DNA of 64,000 nucleotides from assembly GCA_040954595.2 (NCBI GenBank), contig CM082588.2, forward strand, positions 2,115,027 through 2,179,026, written 5' to 3'. A program made the position numbers and the translations under genes. Each line of letters begins with the position of its first letter. Position 1 is the stretch's first letter. This stretch comes from Balanoglossus misakiensis (taxonomy: Eukaryota; Animalia; Hemichordata). Below are positions 1 through 18,128 of this stretch, one piece after another. The notes below the pieces were generated by a model. That model had not been told where the DNA came from. It did no database searches and was given only the letters and a program-made list of their open reading frames with translations.

Positions 1-263
1 TCCAGTGGGCTAGGGCAGGGGGAGACACTTTAAACATGTGACACGACCCAGGCATAAAAACCACACATAAGTACTATTTAAAATTTGTCATGATTCCACT
101 GGTAACAGAAAGACATTTGTTAGGTGCACATAATGATTGATTTACATTTCCAGAAATACAGGAACTAGCTGATTGATTGAATGTATGCATATAATGTAAC
201 TTAAAATTAATTCAGCCTGCAACAACAATAATTACCCAAGGAAAATTTTACAAGTATACATAC

Positions 264-6390
<6,127 letters not shown>

Positions 6391-6834
6391 CTTCGTAGGC
6401 TATGTAGCTATGATATTTTGTCGTTTTCCGATGCGAAAAATTGAATTTCTTGGCTCCAAACGTCGGCTATACAACGCGATATTTTCAGTCTATTCAGTCA
6501 GACATTGAAATCGACACACGCATATTCGAAATAGGTCAGACAGCAAGCCTCATAAATATTAATCCGCTGGCTCAGGTTTAGTTAGAAAATACGAAAAAAT
6601 GGCTTTTAATTTATATCAAAACCCAACGTGTTTTTCAGAGTTATCATGTTGGTTATTCACAGTGCAACGATTGCAGAATATTCGCATATTTAATCCGACA
6701 TCTTTCAGAAGAAAAATACTCCGCGGATGTATACAATGTAACACGCCCAAACACTTTTCCGCCGGATTTTCAATGACGTCCTTCTACGTCTGCGCAGTTC
6801 CATTATGATATCTTTGCACGATTCGTGTGAGCTG
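6391..6834. promoter_or_regulatory. Putative bidirectional promoter BRWD/DHDDS including a DHDDS non-coding first exon
   Basis: Divergent genes; CpG-enriched relative to the introns. Splice donor GTGAGT at 6835 pairs with the acceptor at 7581 immediately before the DHDDS ATG. TGACGTC and TGCGCA motifs at about 6774-6796. Confidence 0.55.
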
Positions 6835-7582
6835 GTGAGTGTATGAATTCGAATGGTGAAGTCACTAGTCATCCTCTTCGTCGAGCTTTCAAGGTCGAAA
6901 TTTGATGTTTTTTCGTGACTTGAAGAACTTGAAATCTATGTGAGAGGTATGTTGTTTGTAAAACAAGCGCATTCTGTGTGATCGCATCCTTTGCTCCACC
7001 GGGTCGCATTGAAACACCGTCTTCCTTCGAGGGAATCCCCTAATTTCACCGGGGATCACCGCTGGCAGACCGCCACGTATGCCAACCACTGCACGCAGTG
7101 TATGAAGCACCGTTTTAAAACAATTTCTACCACATGCACAGCGTCAGATTCTTGAACTTGAAATAAGTGATATGTCGAGAACAGCCAATGCAGAATAGTC
7201 CATGCTCGATCGGAAAACGGGTCAGACATGTGTAATCGGTCCACACGAACCAGCTGATCACAGATTGTTTCATCATTCAGTTGCTGAAAGTACCGGTATA
7301 ATCTCATTGGCTTGATTTTACTTGAATGTTGGGGTTGAACGCGACAGAACTGTTGAAAATGTAACTCATAAACAACGTGTTATCCTTACACTTTCAATTT
7401 CCCCTACAAAAAAGTTGTTAATTTCCACGGAGTTAGTAACCATCAGCTGTTGACCTCGAAGCCATTGTTTGCAGATGGGTCACGGACATCAACAACATGT
7501 CATGTTTCAGTGACATGTGCGTACATTGTATTGAAATATCTGTAGTGTCACAATGTAAGTTTTGTTTGCTGCATTTAACAGA

Positions 7583-9169
7583 ATGTCATGGTTTCCAGAA
7601 GAGGAGCGTCGAACGACGAACTGGTTCACAAAGTTCTGTTCCAATGTCCTCAAATGTGGCCCCATCCCTAAACATGTTGCATTCATCATGGATGGTAACA
7701 GGAGATTTGCTAGGAAGGGTCACATGCACAGACATGAAGGACATGTAAAAGGATTTGAAAAACTTGCTGAGGTGGGTTAACCGTTTTCTCTGTCTAAAAA
7801 TGTACTACTATTCTCACAGGACATAAGTCAACCTTTGCAAAGTGAATGGCTTGAATTTCATTATTTCTCTTCCTGCTGCCTGTATCCATTGCAGACATTG
7901 GAATGGTGTTTGGACCTGGGCATCACAGAAGTGACAGTGTATGCCTTCAGCATAGAGAACTTCAAGCGGTCCAAGGATGAGGTGGATGGTCTCATGGAGC
8001 TGGCGCGGCAGAAATTTGCCAGACTCTTGGAAGAGAAAGACAAGATACAAAAGTATGGTGTTTGTGTCCGGGTGCTGGGTGACATCGGTCTGCTGCCCAA
8101 GGATGTCCAAGAGGTCATTGCTGAAGCCATGGCATTTTCCAAAGACAACGATAGGTAGTTATTTGTCTGGTCCAAATTGCTGCAGTGTGTATGTGGGAAG
8201 GAATGAATGGTGACCAATGCATGTATTCAGTCCTAATGATTACCTTTATTTCCCATCCACAGGGCCACCCTCAATGTATGTTTTGCCTACACTTCGAGAC
8301 ACGAGATCACAGCCGCAGTCAAAGAATTGGCAACTGGTGTGGAAGATGGAATGCTCTTACCAAGGTACAGTTGTGCGTTTAACCATAGTAGATTTTCTTT
8401 TCATATCCTCTGCAATACATACGCATTGAAATATAGTCAGTCCCCCTCCCAAATGTTTTCACCAGGTTATTCATTCTTTTTACCTTTCAGTGATGTATCA
8501 GAACATCTTTTAGAAAAATGTCTGTATACAAGTCACTCACCAGACCCTGATCTACTAGTGCGGACATCAGGAGAAGTCAGACTTAGCGATTTCCTTCTTT
8601 GGCAGGTGGGTCATATATTTACAACAGGTTAAGGTGCAAGACCAAAGCATGAAACAAAATTTATTTGGGTTTTATTCCTGTTTAATTTTCCTGACGAGGT
8701 TTTTCTCATTTATTTTCAGAGTTCATATTCAGTGTTATCGTTTGTTAAAGTTCTGTGGCCGGAGTTTTCAATATGGCATCTGTTTGCAGCAGTCCTTCAT
8801 TATCAGAGGAATTACCAAGCAATACAGGCAAGTCTTGACCTTATCCTGACAAGATAATATATAAGATAATCAGTTGCAAAGGTGAAAATAAATGCTATTC
8901 CTTGTTTAATTCCGCAGAAGGGAAAAGAAGCTGATCAGCGAGAACGAGAGGAGACGCTGTGGCAGTCGGATCGCCAATGTGTGCTGGAAGAAATGGAGAG
9001 AGAACAGAACCAAAACAAAGACAGTAAACAGACAGACATCCAGAGAAGGATACAGCAATACAGGGAAGAGAGAGAGAAACGCGAGAGGAAATTCTTAGAT
9101 CATCTCTACGAGGGAAGAGAGAAGAGTCTGGAGAGTATGTTGCCTGCAAAAATAAGCATCAACTGTTGA
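7583..9169 (+). CDS. DHDDS: Dehydrodolichyl diphosphate synthase complex subunit (cis-prenyltransferase), 6 coding exons
   Basis: MSWF...[95 protein letters not shown], then a charged C-terminal helix; stop TGA ends 9169. Confidence 0.97.
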
Positions 9170-9622
9170 TGCAGTTTTGAACTAAAATAAAGGGACACAG
9201 TCACTTCTGACCAGTTCAAAATAAGACTTAACCATGTAAATATTTGAACATTGTTTCTTTTCTACTGTGTAAAACTCTAGTAGTTTAAGAAAATTATATT
9301 TGAGTTTAAGAAGACAATTCATCAAGGAAGTTTAAAAAATAATTTTTATTGAGAATATGTTGTCCCAGCTGCCACAATTATCAATAATGTTGGCGAGAGA
9401 GAAAATGACTTTAACTTCAGTTCTCTGTACAGTGCAATGACATAGAGGTATTTTTTATCAGGAAATAAAAATATTCTATCAATCCATTTTGTTTTGTGAT
9501 TGTTTCATGATATGTAAAAATGCTTAAACCTAAATCATTGTATTTCTGTTTGCTGGGATGTCACAGAACTTCACATTATAATTCTGCTGTCAACAAGTCT
9601 GTAAATCCACTGTTGTAAGTCA

Positions 9623-11440
9623 CTATACGTTGGCTGTGGTAAGTGCAGTCAAATTTTCTAGGATGGCAGTTATTCTCCATGCATAGTGTGCAAACAGTGG
9701 AAAAACATCTGAGATGTGAAGCAAGGAATCCTCCAGCTCTGTGTGCAAGCCTGTCAGCAATGATTCTGGCAAACTTTTGAGCGTTCTTCTGTTCTTGGAA
9801 ACACTGGACAGAATATCTTCTAGCATAGAGAATAAGAAGTAAGAGTTTTCAAAATGGAATGGATCCCAGTCAGTCTGTTCTTGTTGGAAAGTCCTGAGTT
9901 CACACGAACACTCGGTGACTTTTGACGCAAGTACTTTCAAGATGGACTGCTGCAGATGTGCATCGTGGGATAGTTGGATAACCAGTCTGCTCAGCTCTTC
10001 CAGATGACATGCCTGTACACAGAATTTAATTTGAAATAAAGTTAAAACAGGAAACTTGACAAAATCGATCCTGTGCCCTGATAACTCACAAAACTGGCAA
10101 GTTTACACGCTCAATTTGTATACGTATTTCATAAAAAACAAACGCTCCAGAAATTCCAGGGTTGACTATAGGGGGCGCTATTCAGAAAGAAAATCGGTTC
10201 GCAATGTTGGATGAAAACCACAAACTTACATGATTTAATGCGGTGCTGTTGTAAATAAAGTCTAAAATATCTTTCACAAATTCCATTACTTCATGATGAA
10301 TCTCTCTGTGGAATTTCTCCACAATCCTGCTCTCCAGTAAAGTGACGATGTTCTCAACAGCAAATTTCATCTTCTGGATGGAGATGTCTCCACTGAGCTC
10401 TCGCAGACAGCCTTTGATAGTCTCAATGCAGAGTAATGTGCTGTCTCTCATCGTCAAGGCAACATCACAATTGTCCAACAGTGGCAAATCTTTCACTCTA
10501 TGCTGCACGGTTAATATGCTATGGAGGAATCTAGCATGGACTTGGAGAGTTTCTAACTTCGAGCTCTGACTTGTATCCGAGGAAGATGGTGGAGTTGGGA
10601 AGACTGGAGCCTGACTCTGCAATCCTTCCTGCATGGCTGCTGCATCTACAGGGTGTGGAAGAAAAATATTCTTGAAAGTTGTTCAAACTTTGAAGTTATC
10701 ATAGTAAACAGTGTGGCCACAAGGCCAATATGATGCACCACTCAGTAACTCAAGTTTCAGTCACATTTTTAACATTTTTGTTTCCTTGCTGGGATATTAT
10801 CTTGCTCACTTAATAGGTTTCCAGAAATGTTTTAGTTTAAGCTGTATGATATTGATTGCAATTTCGCCTTTTCAATCATTAATGTAGTCAGGAATGCCAT
10901 GGAAAACTGAGTAAAATTCCTGGAAGCCTAGTAAGAGATTAGCCTGATCACTGGCCAGAAAAAAAGCTTCATTCGAAGTGTGAAAACTTTAAAGTGTACA
11001 ATATCCTTACCTGTACAATTGCCATCCTCATCAGTTTGACGCAATTTACTTTTCACAAGCTCCTGTCTGGTTTGAAGTAGCTCCCTCTCAAGTTTCTGAG
11101 CTTTGTCTTTCCAGCTTTCTTCTCGCTGTATCAATTGCTTTGCTAACTGCTGGGCATACTCTTCCCCTGTCATAGTTGGTGGCTTGGCTCTGATCACGGC
11201 TATTGCGGCAGCCAGCTTCAGTTTACAAAACAGTGCTGGATCATCTGCATCTGTTGTTATGAAACAAATATTGTCTATTGCAAACATGACCTAAGCCTTG
11301 CCCTGCCTTGCTCCTGAGGTCACAGGAGGTCATCCTTATGTCATATACATGCATGATGATGCGATTTGAGGGATCACAGACACTGATGGAATAACTTACG
11401 ACTTACCATGTGTTGCTTGCGATGTGCATGGATCATTCAT
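9623..11440 (-). CDS. MEI4: Meiotic double-strand-break protein MEI4-like, 4 exons (11440-11407, 11250-11011, 10645-10230, 10012-9623)
   Basis: N-terminal KLAAAIAVIRAKP...EEYAQQLA...WKDKAQKLERELLQTRQEL matches the remembered MEI4 N-terminal signature (KLALALAIIRSKP...EY...W.SK...LE.EV.QLRQ.L). The C-terminus has FPLFAHYAWRI. Exon phases are consistent. Confidence 0.85.
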
Positions 11441-11675
11441 CTCTACTTCAAGCGATTTCTACGTCGTCTGCTACCAATATTAAACTTGAGATTCCCGGCG
11501 TTCGGCATAGCGCCATCCGCCATCTAATATTCTGCATCAACTATCGTGGTTAATCTCGCATTTCGCGAGATTCTCCTCACTTAACACTCGATCAACATGG
11601 CGGTGTGTGTAAATTTATGATAAGAGAAGATTTTTTCTGTATTTCGCGTGTTCTGCAGATCGGGAGGTTGTTGGG
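11441..11675. promoter_or_regulatory. Putative bidirectional promoter MEI4/VPS13 and VPS13 non-coding first exon
   Basis: CpG-rich patch; palindrome-like AATCTCGCATTTCGCGAGATT (11552-11572); YY1-type AACATGGCGG (11594-11603); donor GTAAG at 11676; a good acceptor at 17977 upstream of the VPS13 ATG. Confidence 0.55.
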
Positions 11676-13876
11676 GTAAGAAAAACGCTTGTTTTGTCAA
11701 AACTATTATACTCTTTCGCTTTTCGGTATCGGCAGTGAACACGATGCCTTATTGTTGCAGGAATATATGTGTCAGACGGTGAAAGTAGCTAGGAGGAGGG
11801 GCACACATACGTACGTACATTTTCACTGATCGATTGCTTCTGTCAACTGGCCTCTCAAGGATGCATGCAAATCTCCACACAATTTCCTATCAGGTCGCTG
11901 TAAAAATAGTGCATGCCTCAATTGAAAAATATTTTTAATTTAAGAACGACACTTATTTGAGGTGACGGGACGTGGTAAGTACATTACGTAATCAATTAAC
12001 AAAAGGTGTTTTTGTGTGTGGACGAAAGTTAAGTGGGAGACCACTGTATGGTTCTGCATGGGCCTCATGCACATAGCATAGATTCAAAACTCATAGTAAT
12101 GACAATCAGCTGGTAGCATTTATTGACACAGTGTCCAGTAGCTACGGTTAGTGGACGTACTGCACAACTGAAAACAGTGATGATTGGTACTGTGGGAAGT
12201 AGTCAAACACTGTGTGATCATCCCCCACCCCTAGGGCAGGTACATCTATACCCAAGTAAGCTATTGCATAGCAGCAGGGTAAATGAAATGAACCCAAACT
12301 TAATGTTCAGTTTACTAACAACTACACGTTTCATCTTTGATTGTCCAATAATATGAGCTATCTTCCAAATAAATACATTATGTTGACCCATCATTGGTTT
12401 GATAGTATTTTATACAAATGTTCTAAGTGATGTAAGAATCTCTTAATAAATTAATCGTGGTCAATTTGGAATATTTGTAAATAAATGTATAATTAGTTAT
12501 TTGCATATGCGACCAATCAGCATAATTTAGCATATGTTTCACATACATTGACCTCTCATTGACCTCCAAATACTGCCCCCTGTGTCCAGATTGGTTACTT
12601 GCACTGAAATGGACACCAGTATATATTTCTTGTATGGTGTTCATATCACATGTTTTAATCAGATTAAAACTATGAACCCAGCTCATGTATGTTGGAGTAA
12701 TTAATTTTCTCTACCAGTCAGTGTGCCTATTGCCTGGGCCTTTCATAATTATGAAATAAATGAAAAGGGCTTGTCACATACTTCATCATGGTGACATGGA
12801 TAAGTAGCCAAGGAAGCCTCATTTGCATATCTGATATGCTAATGTGGGCCTGTATGGTGATGAGTGCTGAAAACTAAGAAGTAGATAAAGATTTTGACTG
12901 AGATATGAATATTTAGAGACGTAATCACATCTTGTGTATGCCCCCCGAAGCGATAAACATACCACTTCAAGTTAGAGCAGCACTTGAAAATGAAGGTGGA
13001 TGGGTTTATCATTAAAGTGCAGTGGCCAGGATACGGGACAAGTGCTCGTTTGATGAAACAGTATGTCACTTTGCGAGCCACGTCTTGCAAAGGGAGAATA
13101 ATGACCTTTTATTTCTGCTTACTGAAACATGTCAAGTTTTATGTCACTCCAGTATTAGAAACCAGATAACCCCTGGACTTGTAAACTGGGAGGATTTCTA
13201 TTTAAAAGTGGCACTTTGTGTTAATTCTCATAAATGGTTTCAGGACTTTGTTCTGCTTCCTTCAGTGAATGATTTGGATTCGAGAAACATCAAATAGCCT
13301 TGACCCGATGTTTACTATATGCAAGGAAAAGTGGACAAACAACTAGCCACCCATTGAATGCCTGCAGTCATCATATCTCAATCAACTGAAACCATAAGCC
13401 CACCGACTGGAAGATTAATTATTAATCGAGAGGGTATTTTGCAGTGTGTGTTTTGAAGGATAATTGAATTAACATTGCAGAGTATCTGAGATATGATGCA
13501 TTTTCATTTTGATAGAAATATGTTAATGAATCTGACCCAATCTGAATAAATACAATCTAATAAACCTGTATTGGTTATGGTTTGTGAGAGTGAAATTGGC
13601 CATTGAGTGAATGACAAAAGCGGCTGTTCAGATTAATCCCCAGTGTATGCGCATGATGTGTACATATGTACTGTATACACTAATTTGATACATAGGGTTT
13701 GAATTTTGTGCAGTGACCTTGCATAGAGATAATGTTTTCAGTAGCCGCCGCCTCAGATTTAATTTCACCCAAACCACCTGTTGTGTCTTAATCCTTGTGA
13801 TGTTATTACTGATCGCTGTTTACAATGTAACGTTCATTAAATGGCCTGGCTTTCTTTAAACTTGAGTTTTCTGGTG

Positions 13877-14023
13877 TGAGAGAGGGGAGGAGCAGAGAGC
13901 TGAGAGGGAGGGAGAAAGGAAAAGAGGGAAAGAAAGTGGCGAGTAAGGGAGGGGAAGTGGGAGGAGAGAGAGGAAGATAAAGAAGGGAGGGGAGAGAGAG
14001 GGGAGAAGAAGATGTAGAGAGAG
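13877..14023 (+). repeat. Polypurine (GA-rich) low-complexity tract
   Basis: Almost pure G/A run (gagaggggaggagcagagag...ggagagagaggggagaagaag). Confidence 0.85.
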
Positions 14024-14165
14024 ATACATTATGTGCTTTAGCATTGAGGAAAAATCAAGTACTTCTGTGTACATGCATTTTCAATAAAGCATTTCCTGCT
14101 GAGCTGATAATATTAATTACTCAGTGCAAAGACTATCAACCCCTGAGGGGCCTGCTTCAATGCAG

Positions 14166-15337
14166 GTTGTCATGGTTACAGAGCTGGGTTCAATGGAACA
14201 CATGGAACGGGGGTAATATGAACGTGGCTATGAAACAGAAAGGACAAAAGATGTTCGACAGAATATTAAAATGGAGAGAAATCACCTGCTGTTGAAACTC
14301 CACAGTTGCCCAATATAATCTGATCGTTCCAGTCTGAAATGATGGAAAATGTGATTGGTATTTTTGTGATTGGACGTTCTGAAATAAGATCGTTTGAATT
14401 GGTGTTTGACATGTGCCAGGATATCTCCTGCGCTCACCTGATGCTCTCCATGAAATTGCACTCTTGTGGAATTCATCACTTAAATTTGGTGAAGTCATGA
14501 TTTTTTAATGCTGTTCAAATATTTGATAAATAATTTATTTTAAAAATTCCTTTTTTAAATGTCAGCTCATCTCTGTATATTGTCAAAATGTTTTTATGTA
14601 AATGTAGTCTTTTAAAATGTCAAATTCACACACTCTAAAATGTTCAGAAAGCCGGGGTTATTTTGTGAAAAATACCAGATCATGTGATTGTTACCATGGA
14701 AATGGTTTTTGACTCTAGGCTGTCGTGTTCTCGCACATTCGGTGTGTGCGTCAGCCAGCTCTCAAGAGACAGGGTCTGTGGTGTTCAATTTGCTGGCAAA
14801 CGTAGTCATGAGAAATTGCAGAAAGCGCTCAGAAGACTATCACACACAAAATCACCAGCAGGTAGAGACAAACAATCTGTTATCTGCCTTGTCGTCAAAT
14901 AACGGATTCTGTCAATTTCTGATCAGGAGGAAAAAATCTCTAATTTTGATTGATAAACGTACTAAGCTTTCGTTTGGATGTACAGATCAAGCACTTATAA
15001 ACTGCAGATGTGTTTCCATTCATCTAGCACATTGATCCCAGACACACAAGCTGCCAATTAAATATCACACAAACGTGTTATTTCCATTGAAATACACGCT
15101 TTTATTCTTTAGCCCACTCGCTTTCTTTAAGATGAATTGAGCAAAGGTGAAAGTTCAGAAGGTTATGACCTTGCAATGAAGTGATAACTGACACCCTTCG
15201 AATGTGATAGAGCATTTATTCACCTGTGTCGACGTATTGTCGATTCTGAAATAGTGAAAAGTCAGGCAAATGATTTCCTGGTGACCTCTTGGCAGGAACT
15301 GCTCTTCATCTCCTGCCGACTGTGTTACCATGGCAAC
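14166..15337. promoter_or_regulatory. Three RFX X-box motifs in the putative VPS13 5'UTR intron
   Basis: GTTGTCATGGTTAC 14166-14179, GTTACCATGGAAAT 14690-14703 and a consensus-perfect GTTACCATGGCAAC 15324-15337. Confidence 0.5.
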
Positions 15338-18128
15338 TTTGCAAACTGCAAAATAATGTTGATGTGGTGCAAGGGCATTACTTTGACAGCATCTCATTAA
15401 AACTGCATGTGATCCCATAACCTGGATATCATGGAAAGTGTAATTTATCCATCTTGAATAAAACCACTGGATTGTGTTTTTGCCATTCTGGTTTCCGAGG
15501 TTATACGAAATGGCCTAGTATGTGCAGACCCAGAGAAATGTGTGCATGTAATGTTTTTTTATTTAAGGCCATTTCAATATGTGTACTTATGTTATTTATA
15601 GCACAATAATATTCACATTCCCTGGGCAAAACTGGTGCCTGTGATGCTCATAGAATGTAATACATGTATTATTAGAAAAACATTATTCACGTAAAACGCT
15701 GGTATGCTACATGCAAATAGTGCCTCGTTAAAAGTAAAACACAAATCATATGGACATGCCAATATTACCAGACATCACATGTTGATATCCCCTGCAAGTT
15801 TGCATGCCACCTTGACTGGAACAGAATTAACCAAAGCCACCAGGACCCAATTTATTTGTCTGTGAGAGGGACAGGAGATTATCTTCCCATTTCAGCAGCA
15901 ATTATTTTCCCGATTGACAATGTATGTTGGAAAATGTAAGAAGGTCGGAAGTCATCTTTCTCTGAGCAGTCATTCAGTTTTGCCCAAATTTTAATTAAAT
16001 GGAGCTTTCGGATATTATTCACTTGATGTGCCATTACCAAGCTTGCCCGGATGCTGCTCTCTGTTGCTAGGATACCATAGATTTCTAGATTATCTCCTGG
16101 GCTAGTCTCTCTCACTGTCCTCTCCCAGGCATCGCAAATGCATTGTACTCCTGACAAAGCCAAGCCCAGCTCATCTGGGCTAGCTTAAAGCCTGTGATTT
16201 GCTGATTCTTACTTCCACTGGGGCAGGTTGGGGTATGGGGTACCTGGGTATCCAGATCAGTACGGACTGTAGATAGTTGTACCAGTTCTCTGTAGCAATG
16301 CATAACATGCTTTAAAATATGCAAACTGGGCAGCAAACGGTTTAGATTTCTAAATCAATGAAGCCATACTATAAAGTATTATTTCTAATTTCTATTTGAA
16401 TGATTACTTTTGTATGTAATGCTCAATATAGAGTCTTCCATTTATTTGCATTAAAGAATGTCACCTTGTACCAGTAGTATAATGTCATTTCCTTAGCTGT
16501 GTGTCTGTGATAATTATCTGCCTACATCTCCACTTGTCTGTACATTGTGGAAATCACTGTGCATGAACCATTAGTAATGAGGACGATTGAATAAAATGTA
16601 ACATTTGTGTCAAACATCTTTTATTACATGCACGTAACGCAGCGTACAAATTCCATTTACTCAGTAAGATTTGCACGAGAATGTGCTGATTGGCTGTCAC
16701 GGCTTTAGTTCTGAGAAAGTGGTTTTGCAATGGGACATAACTGTTTCAGTAATATAATTAAGTGAGTTAGAATTATAAACAGTAATCCATTCCCAAAGCA
16801 AATCATTATCCAAACGGAAAGTAATACATGTAGTACACCTGTGATTGCAGTGTGCATATTTCATGAATACATCAGTTACAGGGATGGAATGATCAACATA
16901 TGATAATAAAAAAAATTGAAAGGCCGGAAGCCTTTCCTGAATATTACATGAGTCACATCCGATTATCAACTAACGCTGGCACTGTGATGCACACTTTCAA
17001 AGACTAACAAAAATGGTTTATTCAAATTATGCATTATTAATAATCATGATGTAGTATTTATAGAAATCAACAATAGCCGGTATCTGTATCATATGACTCA
17101 TTGTTGTACGTAGGAGTGAGACCTTTCCTTTGTTTTACACAAGAGCACACATGCGTTGGATATCAGTACATGTAGTTGTCTGCTGTTGTGTATTTCACAT
17201 GTGTTGATATCAAAATTTGCACACTGTATTGTATACCGGGTATGTGTACGGTATATTATGAAAAGGATTTTTGTAAGTATATATTTTATAATGTTATGGG
17301 GGGGGGGCTGTCTTTTCTCAGGTGTGACTGAAATATTCATTTCTGGATCAATTTTCTAAATTAACCCTCTTGTCAGGTTTCCTGAATCACCCTAGTCGAT
17401 ACCAAAAATAAATGTTCAATTTCAGTCTTAGTATAAAAACCTAATAGTATTTCTAATTGCAAAAGCAAATTGTAAATTGCCATTCTGTTTGTTAATACCA
17501 GCAACATAATAAAGTTATAAATACCACTTATAGAACTAACATGGCAGTTTCATCATCGTTACACTGGAAATGTACGCATGTTGTGCGCATGATATTCTAG
17601 ACTGGCCAGGAGAATACTATCACCTGTCAATATTTTTCGAGAATTGTGAAGGCCAACCTTTAACCGAGCTTGCCACAGCTGATACCAGTAGAAATGCAAG
17701 GCAGCTGTTTATAGTTGGTTAGTAAGGACATTGGTATGAATAATTCTCTGTTGTCAGGCCATGTATTGGCGCTTTTTTTGTGGTAGGTTTGTTTGCATGT
17801 TGTACAACAGTAAGGCAAGTAAATAGTTTTCTTTCGTCTGTACTGTAAACACCATGTAAGCAGATGTAATTGATGTGTTCATATAATTTGAATACTGAAC
17901 ATTTCACATTTATGGCTGTGTGTGTGATATACATAATGTAAAGTTCTCATACTATATACTTTCTTTTTTATCCACAGAGCTGGAAATGGTCTGACAACTC
18001 CCATGCCAGGTCTGCTGAAAATTTAATGCGAAAATCATCCAATCAACGGAGAACGTCACCTCCAGAAATTTGTGTGTGCTGTAGAATCTCTCACCTCTGA
18101 TCTGATCCTGTAATCTTATCAAATCAAG

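Noticed and set aside
6889-7307. Minus-strand ORFs within DHDDS intron 1
   Set aside because: No recognisable homology or consistent splice structure.
11676-17977. Nested protein-coding gene in the large VPS13 leader intron
   Set aside because: The short ORFs have non-coding-like composition, and I could not chain them into spliced exons.
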